A DNA stretch of 64,000 nucleotides from an uncultured Gemmatimonadales bacterium (GCA_963809895.1 CAWELD010000003.1:1536001-1600000), one strand, 5' to 3'. Numbered from the stretch's first letter, positions 1 to 10,152 are shown. Translations and numbers: made by a program. The notes: a model not told the origin generated them from the sequence alone.

Positions 1-11
1 GTCGGCGCCCG

Positions 12-446
12 TCATCCGAAGATCTTGTGCGCGAATTTCGAGACACCCTCGCCCGCCGGCACCTGCACCGTGCTCCGGTACACCTGGGGATTCCAGAGCT
101 CCACCCGGTCCAGGTTCCCGTTCAGCATCACCACGCCCTCCAGCTCCGCCGCCTCCTTGAGCCAGGCGGGGATCAGGATGCGGCCCTGCTTGTCCGGCGA
201 CACCTCCACCGCGTTGGAGACGATCTCGCGCACGTGGTGCCAGGCAGCCGGCTCCGACTTCCTGAAGTCCATCAGCCGCTGCTGTACCTCTTGCCAGACC
301 TGGGCCGGGAAGAGGGTCAGGTAGGGCGGCTCCCACTGCAGGAGGACGAAGCGGTCTCCGTCGGCCTCACGACGGAAGGCCGACGGGAGCGAGACGCGCC
401 CCTTCTCGTCCAGCTGGTGCTCGTAGCGACCGAGGAATCCGTTCAC
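12..446 (-). CDS. mraZ: Division/cell wall cluster transcriptional repressor MraZ
   Basis: FLGRYEHQLDEKGRVSLP and DKQGRILIP SpoVT/AbrB-type repeats; 144 aa. Confidence 0.95.
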   Translation of the reverse strand: MNGFLGRYEHQLDEKGRVSLPSAFRREADGDRFVLLQWEPPYLTLFPAQVWQEVQQRLMDFRKSEPAAWHHVREIVSNAVEVSPDKQGRILIPAWLKEAAELEGVVMLNGNLDRVELWNPQVYRSTVQVPAGEGVSKFAHKIFG

Positions 447-450
447 CGGT

Positions 451-484
451 GTGGCACGGAGTGGGATGGAGTGGGATTAAGTGG
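451..484. promoter_or_regulatory. MraZ-binding GTGG repeats
   Basis: GTGG at 451, 461, 471 and 481 (exact 10-bp period) immediately upstream of mraZ, matching the known autoregulatory repeat pattern. Confidence 0.75.
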
Positions 485-702
485 AGGGTGATGGTGCCAA
501 GATATGGCTCGTTCCCATGGGGCGCAAGGCTCCCATTTCGGGTGAAATCACAAGGGGCGCAGCGAAGCCGTCGAGGTCGGGAACGTGGCGTATTCTCGCG
601 CCAAGACGCTCGCTGACGGCAGGGGCGCCCGAGCGGGTGTTTCCGAATAAATACCGAAGTGATCTTCGGTTCTTTTTCGGTATTCTCGGAGAGGGCGGAC
701 GT

Positions 703-901
703 TGGACTTCGCAGCCAGCGACGGGGGCTCGGTGGGGCGATGGCTGCGGACTCCAGGATTATCCTGGACTTTGCAGCCGGCGCCTTCGGCTCACCGGCCG
801 ATGGCTGCGTTCTCCAGGACTATCCTGGACTTTGCAGCCAGGCGACCGCGCCGCGCCGGACTGTGGCTGCGTTCTCCAGGATCATTCCGGAGTCCGCAGC
901 C
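703..901. repeat. REP-like palindromic repeat array (37-bp units, ~61-62 bp period)
   Basis: GGCTGC..TCCAGGA-N3-TCCTGGA..GCAGCC-type units at 742-778, 803-839 and 865-901, plus a half copy ending at 716; intergenic. Confidence 0.8.
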
Positions 902-1039
902 GATGGGCGGAGCGGGGCCGGAGAGGTGCGCCGCGGATCCGCGGCGTGGGTCCTGTCGGACCGGGTGGTACCAACGAAAGCGGCGCCGCGGGGCGAACCC
1001 CGCGGCGCCGCAGCGCCGGATCAGCGGCTCAGCGTGGCG

Positions 1040-2797
1040 TCAGCCGCCCCGCTTGATGATGAGCTGCTGGATCTCGATGTACTGATCCGTGGCGTTCAGG
1101 ATCTGGTTGATGTTCACGCTGGGCTGCGTGTTCGCGTACGGCGTGCCCGACTGGAAGAGGGTCTTCGCCTGCTGGAAGAGCGGCAGCGTCTTCTTCGCCG
1201 TGTCCAGCGTCTCGGGCTTCTCCAGGTCGATGGCCTGCGAGTAGAGCACCCAGCCGTGCCAGAAGTCCAGCATCTGCTTGGTCTCGGCGTTGACGTCGAA
1301 GGTCTTCGCCATCTGGATGCCCTGGAGGGCGTAGTTCCAGTTCTTGTTCTGCACGCCCTTCTGGTAGGCGTCGGAGAAGATCACCTTGGACACCACCGAC
1401 GGATCCTGTCCCCGCTCCACGGCCTTGTGGAAGAGGGGCTCGGCCTTGTCCCGGTCGCCCGCGGCCATGTAGAGGTTCGCCTGGCGCACGTACAGGTTCT
1501 CGAAGTCCGGATCGATGCTCTCGATCTTGGCCAGCTCCTGCACGGCCTGGTCCGTCTTGTCCTCGCGCTCGAGGACGGTGGAGTACACCGACAGCAGCAC
1601 GGGCTCCTGCGGATGGGTCTGCAGGACGCGCTGGGCGAACTGCTCGGCCTGCTGCAACTCGTCGAGCTGAATGTACGCCACCACGACGCTCCGGAGCTGA
1701 CTGACACCCATGGAGTCGGCCCGCTGATCGTACATCTTGGTGTAGGCGTCGATGGCGGTGCGGTAGAGCTCGGCCACCTGAGGCGGAACCTCCTGGTCTT
1801 CACCGCCCTGCTGGCCGGCACCCTCGGGAAGCGCGTTGCGCGCCGCGGCGAAGGCGTAGTTCCCCAGGTCGCCCAGGAGCTCGGGGCTCTGGTCCTGGCC
1901 CTGGAGGCCTTCCTGGATCAGGAGCATGGCGCCTTCAGGGTCGCCGGCCTTGAACATGTCGTAGGCGATGTTGCGGCGGACGTCCACGGCGCCCGGGTTC
2001 AGTTCGAGGTAACGGCCGTAGAACGTGCGACCCTCGTCTTTCTGACCCAGGGTCGTGGCCAGATACCCGGCCAACTGAAGGCCCTCGTCGTGGTAGGGGG
2101 CCTGCTCCAGGAGCGTCTCGAGCTGGGAGAGCGCGTCCTCGAGGCGGTCCATCTTCCAGAGGGTCACCGCCCGCTGGTACATGACGCCTTCGTCCTTGGG
2201 GTTGAGCTCGAGCGCGTCGTCGCAGTTGCGCAGCGAGCTCTCCCAATCGGAGCTGTTGGCGTAGTCGGAGCAGAACTGCTTGAAGCGGATCTGCTGCACG
2301 TAGGTGTCGAAGGCGTCGACGATGCGCTGCGCGGCCTCTTCCTTCTGGTCCTTGTTGGACTGGAAGGGCTCCACATCGAACTCCTGCGAGCTTCCGAGAT
2401 CGATGAACTTGATCTCCTGGAAGTCGCGCTCGTCACCACTCTCGGTGTACGACGCGCACAGAGCCACCTGCGCGTTGATCTGGGCGCCGAGCTGCCGGGT
2501 CTTGGTGCAGTCGAGCTCGTCCATCTTGAGCTTGAACCGCCGCAGCTGGTCCTTGATCTCGTCTTCCTCGATGGGCTGATGCGTCGGAAGCTTGTTGATG
2601 GCCTTCCTCAGCTCCTTCGCCACGTCCTTGCCGAAGTCGTCGTCGGCACCTTCGAGCGGGAACAGATTCGGAATGAGTACGCGGAACCGCCCACCCACCT
2701 CCTGCTGGGCCGAAAGATGCCCCGCAGGGGTCAAAGCAGGCGCTACGAAGAGGGCGGCCGCGAACGCTACTACTCCCAGCCTCAGCCGTCCGATCAT
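1040..2797 (-). CDS. Exported tetratricopeptide repeat protein
   Basis: Signal peptide MIGRLRLGVVAFAAALF..., multiple TPR-like helical repeats; start moved to ATG 2797. Confidence 0.85.
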   Translation of the reverse strand: MIGRLRLGVVAFAAALFVAPALTPAGHLSAQQEVGGRFRVLIPNLFPLEGADDDFGKDVAKELRKAINKLPTHQPIEEDEIKDQLRRFKLKMDELDCTKTRQLGAQINAQVALCASYTESGDERDFQEIKFIDLGSSQEFDVEPFQSNKDQKEEAAQRIVDAFDTYVQQIRFKQFCSDYANSSDWESSLRNCDDALELNPKDEGVMYQRAVTLWKMDRLEDALSQLETLLEQAPYHDEGLQLAGYLATTLGQKDEGRTFYGRYLELNPGAVDVRRNIAYDMFKAGDPEGAMLLIQEGLQGQDQSPELLGDLGNYAFAAARNALPEGAGQQGGEDQEVPPQVAELYRTAIDAYTKMYDQRADSMGVSQLRSVVVAYIQLDELQQAEQFAQRVLQTHPQEPVLLSVYSTVLEREDKTDQAVQELAKIESIDPDFENLYVRQANLYMAAGDRDKAEPLFHKAVERGQDPSVVSKVIFSDAYQKGVQNKNWNYALQGIQMAKTFDVNAETKQMLDFWHGWVLYSQAIDLEKPETLDTAKKTLPLFQQAKTLFQSGTPYANTQPSVNINQILNATDQYIEIQQLIIKRGG

Positions 2798-3034
2798 GAG
2801 GTGTCTCCTGGGCTTTTCGCCCGGTGCAGTTCCTTTCCGGCCCCGCAGGGGGACCTCCGACTTCGTTTCGGCGATCTCTACCGCCGTTGAACCTTGAAAG
2901 GTTCCAATGTTCCGCCGGCGGGGGCGGAAAGCCCGGCAATCTATCCCCGGGTGCCGAACCGGGTCAACGGTTCGGGCGCGTATGTGTTCCACTGATCATA
3001 CTCCGTGCCAGCGTCGATCTTACAGTCGTGGCGG

Positions 3035-3499
3035 TCACGGTTCGTCGGGCTCCTCGCTGCCCTGCGGACGGCCACCCGGGCCGAAGGGCCCGTCCTGCGC
3101 TTCGATGGCTCGCCGGATCTCCGGCGGCATCGACTTGGTGGCGCCGACATCGTAGTCGTACATGACCTGCAGTGTGCTGCCACTGACCAACAACTCTCCG
3201 TTCTCGCCACGCACCTCGTAGTCCATTTCGAAGTGACGTTTGCCCAGGCGAGACACCCGGACACCGACGCGGAGGCGCTGAGGATACAGCACCCGGCGAT
3301 GATACCGGAGTCGCGCCTCGGCGAGGATATAGTCGACGTCGGCCAGATCGGAGCGGCCAACGACCTCGCGCCAGTAGGCCGCCCGTGCTTCTTCCATATA
3401 CACCAGAGCGTGCGAATGGTGTACGTGACCACCGATGTCCACGTCCTTGAAGCGCACGTCTACGCCGTGCGCGAAGCCGAAGGGGGCGTCGTCGGACAA
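3035..3499 (-). CDS. Acyl-CoA thioesterase (4HBT/FadM hotdog family)
   Basis: VRFKDVDIGGHVHHSHALVYMEEAR motif; probable TTG start at 3499. Confidence 0.85.
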   Translation of the reverse strand: MSDDAPFGFAHGVDVRFKDVDIGGHVHHSHALVYMEEARAAYWREVVGRSDLADVDYILAEARLRYHRRVLYPQRLRVGVRVSRLGKRHFEMDYEVRGENGELLVSGSTLQVMYDYDVGATKSMPPEIRRAIEAQDGPFGPGGRPQGSEEPDEP

Positions 3500-3547
3500 G
3501 GTGTCGTGGGGTCGAGGGAGCGGCGCGGGCGCCCTACCTTCTAAGGC

Positions 3548-4675
3548 ATGAGCACGAGATCCACAAGGCAGGCGGTGGCGGTGGTGGGCGGTGGGGTCAT
3601 CGGTCTGGCGGTCGCCGAGGCCCTGGCGCGGCGCGACCACCGCGTCATCCTGGCCGAGCGCGGGCGGGTGGCCGAGGAGGCCACGTGGGCCGCCGGCGGC
3701 ATGCTGGCGCCGCTGAGCGAAGCCCGCCATCCGGGACCGTTCCTGGCCCTGGCGCTGGAGAGTCTGTCCCTGTACCCGGAGTTCGTCGCGCGCGCCGAAG
3801 CCGCGTGGGGTGCGCCGGTGGGATTCCGGCGCTGCGGCAAGCTCCTGGTGGCCTTCGACGACGGTGACGCCCAGCGGCTCCGTGCCCGCTGGCGATGGCA
3901 ACACCAGGAGGGCCATGACGTCCGGCTCCTGGCGCCCGACGAGGCTCGGGAGGTAGAGCCGTCGATCTCGTTCGCCGTCGAGTCGGCCCTGCATCTGCGC
4001 GCCGACGCCCAGGTCGACAACCGTCGGCTCGGCACCGCGCTCGCGGCGCTGGCCCGGGGCGCGGGCGTCGAGATCCGGGAGGGCGCACCCGTTCGGGGGC
4101 TCACGGCCCGGGGCGGGCGCGTCACCGGGCTGGAGCTGGCCTCGGGCGAGCATCTCGACGCCGACCGCGTCCTGCTGGCAGCCGGGGCCTGGTCCGGCGG
4201 CCTGGAGGGTCTCCCCCGCCCCATTCCCGTGCGGCCCGTCCGCGGACAGATGCTCGCTCTGGCGGTCGAAGACCCACTCCCCGCGGGCCTGGTCGGCGCC
4301 CCCGGTGCCTACCTCATTCCCCGCGAAGGGGTCGCGGGCCCGTTGGTGGTGGTGGGTGCGAGCGAAGAAGACGTGGGATTCCAGCGCGGTACCGATGCGG
4401 CCACGTTGGGCGCGCTGCGCGCCGCGGCAGTCCGCGCCCTGCCCGCGCTGGCCGCCGCGCCGGTGGTGGAGCGCTGGTGCGGGTTCCGGCCCGGTACGCC
4501 CGACAACCTTCCGGTGCTGGGTCGGGATCCGGACCTACCCGGGCTCGTGTACGCCACCGGCCACTTCCGGAACGGGATCCTGCTGGCGCCGGTCACCGCC
4601 GAGCGCATCGCGCGGCTGGTGACCGACGACGAAGCGGCCGGGCTGGAGGCGTTCCGGCCCGACCGCTTCGCGTAG
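3548..4675 (+). CDS. thiO: Glycine oxidase ThiO / FAD-dependent oxidoreductase
   Basis: GGGVIG FAD-binding motif, ATWAAGGML, GHFRNGILLAP. Confidence 0.85.
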   Translation: MSTRSTRQAVAVVGGGVIGLAVAEALARRDHRVILAERGRVAEEATWAAGGMLAPLSEARHPGPFLALALESLSLYPEFVARAEAAWGAPVGFRRCGKLLVAFDDGDAQRLRARWRWQHQEGHDVRLLAPDEAREVEPSISFAVESALHLRADAQVDNRRLGTALAALARGAGVEIREGAPVRGLTARGGRVTGLELASGEHLDADRVLLAAGAWSGGLEGLPRPIPVRPVRGQMLALAVEDPLPAGLVGAPGAYLIPREGVAGPLVVVGASEEDVGFQRGTDAATLGALRAAAVRALPALAAAPVVERWCGFRPGTPDNLPVLGRDPDLPGLVYATGHFRNGILLAPVTAERIARLVTDDEAAGLEAFRPDRFA

Positions 4676-4729
4676 ACGAGTCCCGGGCCCGGCCGGAGAA
4701 CCGGCGCGGGCCGCGACCTCAAACGGCCA

Positions 4730-5761
4730 TCAGTTGCGGCGCAGGCGGATCGACCCCGAACCGGTGTCGATCTTGATGAGGCCCCTGCCGTTGCCGATGC
4801 GGCCCTCGATCTTGTCCCGGCGCATGGTGGTGACCTCCACCGCGAAGTCGAGGTCGATGCCGCCGGACCCACTGTCCAGATCCACCTCGGCGTTGATGTC
4901 GTCGGGCAGCGAGACCGTGACGCTTCCCGACCCTGTGTCCACGATGAGCCGTTCCACCGAGCCGTGCAGGTCGGTGGTGACCGACCCGGAGCCCGTGTCC
5001 AACTCCACGTCGGGTGCGGTGACGTCGCGCAGCCGGATGCCGCCCGATCCCGTGTCCACCACCAGGCGGTCGGTGGAGATGGATCCACCCTCGACCCCGC
5101 CGGAGCCCGTGTCCACGCTGACCCGTGGGCCCGACACACGGTCGAGGGTGACCGATCCGGACCCGGTGTCCACGCTGAGCTCACCCTGGATGTCGGCGAC
5201 CTCCACGGAGCCCGATCCCGTATCCACCCGGAGCGCCCCGGTGATGCCGCGAGCGCTCGCGCGCCCGGACCCCAGGTCCAGGAGGAGGTCGCTACGGATC
5301 CCCTCGGCCTCCGCTTCGCCCGCCGCCACGTAGACCGCGACGTCGTGGCCGGGCGGCACCGCGATGACGAGATCGGCGTGGGCATCCAGACCTCGCCCGC
5401 TTCCTCGCACCCGCACCCGGTCACCACCGTCGCCGAAGGTGCCGTCGTCTCGCACGCGCACCGTGGTGGACCAGTTTCCCCGGCCCGGCGCCGAATAGAC
5501 GACCTGATCCGAGGGATAGATCACCCGGAGCGTGTTGCGGCCACGGATGTCGTCCGTCTCCACCCGTAGCTGAGCGCCGTCGTCGCCGCCCCGCGTCATG
5601 CGCACCGTGACGTCGTTGCCGGTGCCGGCCACGACCTGCACGTGGCCCGCCAGGTTGTAGACTGCCACCCGGCTCCCGCTCACCGTGAAGGACTCCTGCC
5701 CGCTGACGGGCATCGCCACGGCCAGGGCAAGCGTGGCTACCCATGCAGATCGAATGTGCAC
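4730..5761 (-). CDS. DUF4097 family beta-strand repeat exported protein
   Basis: Signal peptide; repeated VDTGSGSV motifs; probable GTG start at 5761. Confidence 0.8.
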   Translation of the reverse strand: MHIRSAWVATLALAVAMPVSGQESFTVSGSRVAVYNLAGHVQVVAGTGNDVTVRMTRGGDDGAQLRVETDDIRGRNTLRVIYPSDQVVYSAPGRGNWSTTVRVRDDGTFGDGGDRVRVRGSGRGLDAHADLVIAVPPGHDVAVYVAAGEAEAEGIRSDLLLDLGSGRASARGITGALRVDTGSGSVEVADIQGELSVDTGSGSVTLDRVSGPRVSVDTGSGGVEGGSISTDRLVVDTGSGGIRLRDVTAPDVELDTGSGSVTTDLHGSVERLIVDTGSGSVTVSLPDDINAEVDLDSGSGGIDLDFAVEVTTMRRDKIEGRIGNGRGLIKIDTGSGSIRLRRN

Positions 5762-5775
5762 GTCGGATCTCCCGG

Positions 5776-6675
5776 TCAACGAATGCGAATGGAACCGTTT
5801 ACGGTTTCGAGCCGAAGGGTCGGCCCGCCCTCTCCGAGCATGCCCGAAGCGCTGTGCCGGCTGATGCGCCCCTGCAGCTTGAGCGGGAGCGACGAATCGA
5901 GCCGGCCGTTGAGCCAACGGGCCTCCAGGTCGGCGTTCACCGCATCGGGCACGTCGAGCTCGATGCTGCCGTTCACGGTCTTGAACTCCACGCCCTGGTC
6001 GGAGAACCGGCCCATGGAGGCTTCGATGGAGCCGTTCACCGTGGCGGCGCGAGCGAATCCAGTGGTGGAGACCTCCACGTCACCGTTGACGGTGGCCGCG
6101 TCGACGTCGCTCTCCAGCGAGATCGCCTCGACCTCGCCGTTCACCGTGCGCGCCTCGAAGCGCACGCCACGAGGCACTTCGATGTGGAAGGCCACCTTGA
6201 CGTCGTTGTTGCGCGTGTTGTTGCGGCCTCGATCACCCGAATCGCAACGGTTGGAGTCGTCGCGGGAAGGATAGACGGCGCACACCGTCACATCGCCCCC
6301 GTGCTCGACCACCTCGATCCTCACCTCGGACGGATCGCTGCGGCGCGCGCGCTTCTCCGCCGTCACCACCACCTCGTCGCCATCCGCCAGCACGGCTTCG
6401 ATGGGACCGTTCACGCCCTTGATCTCCAGCGTGCGACCGGCCTCCACGCGCCCCGACCATCGGAACTCGTCGCCCTGATCGTCAGAAGCCTGGCGGGCCT
6501 GGACGGTGCGCACCTCCACGACCCGGCTCTCGCTGCCGTGGCCCGTGACCCAACCTACCATGTCGCTCAGGAACGCCAGTCCCGCTTCCCGTGCTCCGGC
6601 CAGGCGGGGGGTCACCACCACACCTGCCACCATCGCCACGGCCAACGCCCAGCCCGCTCCATTCCAACGCCGCAT
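5776..6675 (-). CDS. DUF4097 family beta-strand repeat protein
   Basis: Repeated TVNG motifs; signal/TM segment; strong GAGGAGG RBS before ATG 6675. Confidence 0.8.
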   Translation of the reverse strand: MRRWNGAGWALAVAMVAGVVVTPRLAGAREAGLAFLSDMVGWVTGHGSESRVVEVRTVQARQASDDQGDEFRWSGRVEAGRTLEIKGVNGPIEAVLADGDEVVVTAEKRARRSDPSEVRIEVVEHGGDVTVCAVYPSRDDSNRCDSGDRGRNNTRNNDVKVAFHIEVPRGVRFEARTVNGEVEAISLESDVDAATVNGDVEVSTTGFARAATVNGSIEASMGRFSDQGVEFKTVNGSIELDVPDAVNADLEARWLNGRLDSSLPLKLQGRISRHSASGMLGEGGPTLRLETVNGSIRIR

Positions 6676-6768
6676 GATTCCTCCTCCTCGTCTTCTTCGA
6701 GACTCGTCTTCCCGCAGCAACTCCGTCCTGCCTGTCCCGCTCGCCGGTCGCCAGCCGCCCTAGCCGCG

Positions 6769-7593
6769 CTAGCCGCCGTGACGCAACCGGATGTCGCCAT
6801 CGAACGCCTGCAACTCCAGAACCGCACCTCCCACACCCATCACGAAGCTCAGCGGCTCACCGGCGTGCAGGCTCCTCACCTGCACCGGGAAGCCCGGCTC
6901 GAACTCCCCGTCGAACGTCGAAACGGAGACCGCGGCACCGGTGCCCTCGGGCACCGTGACCGAGATGTCCCCGTCGTGAGTGGCCAGACGCATCCGGGAT
7001 CCCCGGAGCACCCGCCCCTGAAAGACGATGTCGCCGTCCAGCGTCTCCGCCGACAGGGTGTCCACGGCGATGTCGTGGAGCGTCAGGTCGCCGTCGGTGC
7101 TCTGCACCGCCAGGCGCCCACGAGCGCCCCGCACGTCCACCTCACCTTCCACCGTGCCCAGCTGTACGTCGCCGGACAGGTCCTCGACGGTGATGGTGCC
7201 CGAGACGCTGCGGACGTCGACCGCCCCGGACAGGCGTTCCAACGACACGTCGCCTTCCAGCGTGCGCACCGTCAGATCTCCTCCCAACCCCTGCACGTCC
7301 ACGTCGAGCTCCCGACCGGCGATGCGCACGTTCATCCATGCGGGCACCGAGAGCCGCACGTCTTCCCGTCGCGCGCGTCGACCGATGTTGCCGCTCAGGA
7401 CGATGCGGTCGCCGTCACGACGCAGCTCGATCCGGTCGGCAGATTCCAGGGCCACCTCGCTCCGGTCCCATACCCGTACGGTGATGGACCCCGACCGGGT
7501 TTCGACCTGGAGCCTGTCGCCCCTCGAGGCGGCCATCACGGTGTCGGCCGGTGGGGAGACCAGAAGCCCCGCGGCGAGGAGCAGCGTCATCAT
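6769..7593 (-). CDS. DUF4097 family beta-strand repeat protein
   Basis: Repeated T-x-(D/E)-G-D motifs; signal peptide. Confidence 0.8.
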   Translation of the reverse strand: MMTLLLAAGLLVSPPADTVMAASRGDRLQVETRSGSITVRVWDRSEVALESADRIELRRDGDRIVLSGNIGRRARREDVRLSVPAWMNVRIAGRELDVDVQGLGGDLTVRTLEGDVSLERLSGAVDVRSVSGTITVEDLSGDVQLGTVEGEVDVRGARGRLAVQSTDGDLTLHDIAVDTLSAETLDGDIVFQGRVLRGSRMRLATHDGDISVTVPEGTGAAVSVSTFDGEFEPGFPVQVRSLHAGEPLSFVMGVGGAVLELQAFDGDIRLRHGG

Positions 7594-7594
7594 G

Positions 7595-8320
7595 TCACGA
7601 GCTCCAGTCCACCAGGTCGGCGGCCTGCTTCAGGTAGTCGCGCTTCCGCTCCATGGCGCTGCGCAGATGCCCCTGGACGTACGCGTTGCCCGGGTCGACC
7701 TCCAGCGCCGCCCGCGACTCGGCGATGGCGCGCTCGATGACGGCCAGGTTCTTCTCCAGGATGCGCAGCGTGTTGGGATCCAACCGGTCACGACCCGCGT
7801 CCAGCACGCCTTCCAGCTCCTCCACCTGCGCCGACAGGTCCTCCCCGTGTCCCTCCTCCTCGGCGGAGACGTTGGAGGCCATCGTGGACGGCACCGCCGA
7901 CGTGGCGGCCACGCCGGGTCCCGCCGGGGCCGTCATCGGGCGGAGCGCCCAACCCGCCGCCCCCGTCGCCAACGCCAGCGCGACACCGGCGGCAGCGAGC
8001 TGCCCCAGGGACAGACGGAAGGTGCGACGCCCGAAGGCCCGGGCCGGCTCCACGGGAAGCGGCACCACCTCGGCCTCGTTCAACCGACCGCGGATGTCCG
8101 GCCACAGGTCGCGGGGGGGCGCCACCGGCCCCATCTCCCGGGCGAGGCCGCGTACGTCCTCGAGCTCCGCCGCCACCTGCGCGCACTCGGTGCAGGCGCC
8201 CAGGTGATCCGACACCGCCCTTCGCTCGTCCCGTGGCAGGGAGCCGTCCAGGTACTCGGAGAGCCTGGCCAGGTAGTAGTCGTGTGATGCGTTCATATCC
8301 GTCTCGTGCGTTCCGTTCAA
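7595..8320 (-). CDS. Zinc-finger (zf-HC2) transmembrane anti-sigma factor
   Basis: LSEYLDG...HLGACTEC (HxxxCxxC), one TM helix; directly downstream of an ECF sigma gene. Confidence 0.85.
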   Translation of the reverse strand: MNGTHETDMNASHDYYLARLSEYLDGSLPRDERRAVSDHLGACTECAQVAAELEDVRGLAREMGPVAPPRDLWPDIRGRLNEAEVVPLPVEPARAFGRRTFRLSLGQLAAAGVALALATGAAGWALRPMTAPAGPGVAATSAVPSTMASNVSAEEEGHGEDLSAQVEELEGVLDAGRDRLDPNTLRILEKNLAVIERAIAESRAALEVDPGNAYVQGHLRSAMERKRDYLKQAADLVDWSS

Positions 8321-8844
8321 TTCAGGTGTCCACGCAGCAGCATGCGAGCCCGGTGAAGTTGGGACTTGGAGGTCCCCACGCTGATCCCCATCAGACCCGA
8401 GATCTCCTCGTGGCTGTAGCCCTCCACATCGAAGAGCACGAACACCTGGCGGGCACCCTCCGGGAGTTGTCCCATCGCCGCCTCCATGTCCATGCGTAGC
8501 CCCGGTGTGCGGGCGCGGGCCGTGAGGGATTCAACCAGCCCTTCCGCCGGCACGTGGCGCGCCTCCCGACGCCGGAGCGTCTCCCGCCTGGAGAGGATCA
8601 GGTTCACCGCCAGGCGATGGAGCCAGGTGGAGAAGCTCGCATCGCCCCGAAACGTCGCCAGCTTCCGCCACGCCCGCAGATAGACCTCCTGCGTCAGGTC
8701 ATCGGCCGCGTCGACGCCGGCCATGCGGCGAGCCAGCGCGTAGATGCGATCGACCGTGGACCGGTACAGGCGCTCGAAGGCTTCGGCATCGCCCGCGGCG
8801 GCGCGATCCACGTCCCGTCGTTCGGGCGACATGTCTGCGTGCAC
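8317..8844 (-). CDS. ECF RNA polymerase sigma factor
   Basis: DLTQEVYLRAW, FSTWLHRLAVN, GTSKSQLHRAR (regions 2 and 4). Confidence 0.92.
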   Translation of the reverse strand: MHADMSPERRDVDRAAAGDAEAFERLYRSTVDRIYALARRMAGVDAADDLTQEVYLRAWRKLATFRGDASFSTWLHRLAVNLILSRRETLRRREARHVPAEGLVESLTARARTPGLRMDMEAAMGQLPEGARQVFVLFDVEGYSHEEISGLMGISVGTSKSQLHRARMLLRGHLN

Positions 8845-8910
8845 GGCTGCGGGCTTCGGGTTCGGAGTCAGGGTTCGCTGTCCCGGTGCGTCTCTGTCAC
8901 GTTACGCCCT

Positions 8911-8943
8911 CTTGGACGGGTGCTCGAGGCCCGGGGTTGGAAC
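8911..8943 (-). promoter_or_regulatory. Putative ECF-type autoregulatory promoter
   Basis: Minus strand reads GTTCCAACC...CGTCCAA upstream of the sigma gene, resembling the ECF -35 AAC / -10 CGT pattern. Confidence 0.4.
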
Positions 8944-9082
8944 CGGGCTTCGCGCGCTCGAGGCCCTTCGGCCGCCTCGCGCCTTGCGTTGCCGGGCGCG
9001 GCGTGACAGCCTGGACACGATCGTCCACGACACGGCCGTCACGCCAGCGTCGCGCACTCCAACGCCCGGACACGAGGGCCCC

Positions 9083-9412
9083 ATGCAGATACTCCCCATC
9101 GACCTCACGTCCATCGTGGCCACCGTGATGGGCATCTCCATCGTGCTGATCCCGGTGATGGGGCTCACGGCCCGCTTCGCGCTGAAGCCGTTGGTGGACT
9201 CGCTGGCCCGGGGGTGGGAGCACAAGGGCCTGGAGGAGAACCTCGCCATGTCCGAGCGCCGCATCGCGCTGCTGGAGCATCAGGTGGAGCACCTGGAAGG
9301 CTCGGTGCGCCACCTGGAAGAGGCCCAGGCCTTCGATCGCCAGCTCGGTGCGGGGACCGCAGCCGAGGAAGGCGCCCGCAGCCTCCCCGGAGATCGGGAG
9401 AGCACGGGGTGA
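9083..9412 (+). CDS. Small membrane protein with coiled coil
   Basis: GAGG RBS, N-terminal TM helix then coiled coil; GTGA overlap with the next gene. Confidence 0.75.
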   Translation: MQILPIDLTSIVATVMGISIVLIPVMGLTARFALKPLVDSLARGWEHKGLEENLAMSERRIALLEHQVEHLEGSVRHLEEAQAFDRQLGAGTAAEEGARSLPGDRESTG

Positions 9413-10143
9413 CGCTGGAGATCATCGGCCACCGCGGCTTCAGCGCCCGGGCTCCGGAAAACACGCTGGCGTCGGTGGAGGCGGCGCTCCGCGCCGGGGC
9501 CGACGCGGTGGAGTGGGACGTGCACGTGGCGGCCGACGGCACGCCGGTCGTCATCCACGACGCCACCCTGGGCCGCACCACGAACGGCGTGGGCCCGGTG
9601 CGGCGGCGCACGCTGGCACAGCTCCAGGGCCTGGACGCCGGAAGCTGGTTCGACCCTTCCTTCGCCGGCGAGCGCATCCCGTCGCTGGCACAGGCGCTGG
9701 ATCGGGTCAAGGGCCGCGTGGGCAGGGTGTACACCGAGGTCAAGGGGTACCGCGAGCTGGAGGACCTGGATCGCATGGCCCGCATCACGCGCGACGCCGA
9801 CATGGCCTACGACACGGTGTTCATCTCCATGGACTGGGGAACCCTGGACCGCATCGCGGGCCAGGACGACGAGGTGGGGATCGGCTTCATCGTCGACCAG
9901 CGCAGCCGCTACGAAGAGGCGCTGGAACGGGCCACCGGCTCCCCGCGGGCGATCCTGGACCTGGACTACCGCCTCGTCCTCCTGGAGCCGGAGCTGGCGG
10001 CGCGGGCCGTGGACCGCGGCGTCGACGTGGCCGTCTGGACCGTGGACTCGGCGGATGACGCGGAGACGCTTCGGGCCGCGGGTGTGACGCGCTTCACCAC
10101 CAACCAGGTGGAGCGACTGATGGAGTGGCGCCGAGGCTTGTGA
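9409..10143 (+). CDS. Glycerophosphodiester phosphodiesterase
   Basis: IGHRG...PENT, EWDV, IHD, VWTVD motifs. Confidence 0.9.
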   Translation: MTLEIIGHRGFSARAPENTLASVEAALRAGADAVEWDVHVAADGTPVVIHDATLGRTTNGVGPVRRRTLAQLQGLDAGSWFDPSFAGERIPSLAQALDRVKGRVGRVYTEVKGYRELEDLDRMARITRDADMAYDTVFISMDWGTLDRIAGQDDEVGIGFIVDQRSRYEEALERATGSPRAILDLDYRLVLLEPELAARAVDRGVDVAVWTVDSADDAETLRAAGVTRFTTNQVERLMEWRRGL

Positions 10144-10152
10144 CCGGAGGCC

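Noticed and set aside
703..901. Possible mini CRISPR array (37-bp repeats, 24-25 bp spacers)
   Set aside because: Repeats are divergent and palindromic end to end, spacers are short and resemble each other, and there are no cas genes in the window.
659..2890. 743-aa plus-strand ORF and similar long ORFs (5743-7740, 10228-11946, 38258-39775, 54553-56982)
   Set aside because: These are antisense shadows of well-supported genes, typical of high-GC DNA.
3500..3547. TPP riboswitch upstream of thiO
   Set aside because: The intergenic space is under 50 bp and lacks the conserved TPP aptamer motif.
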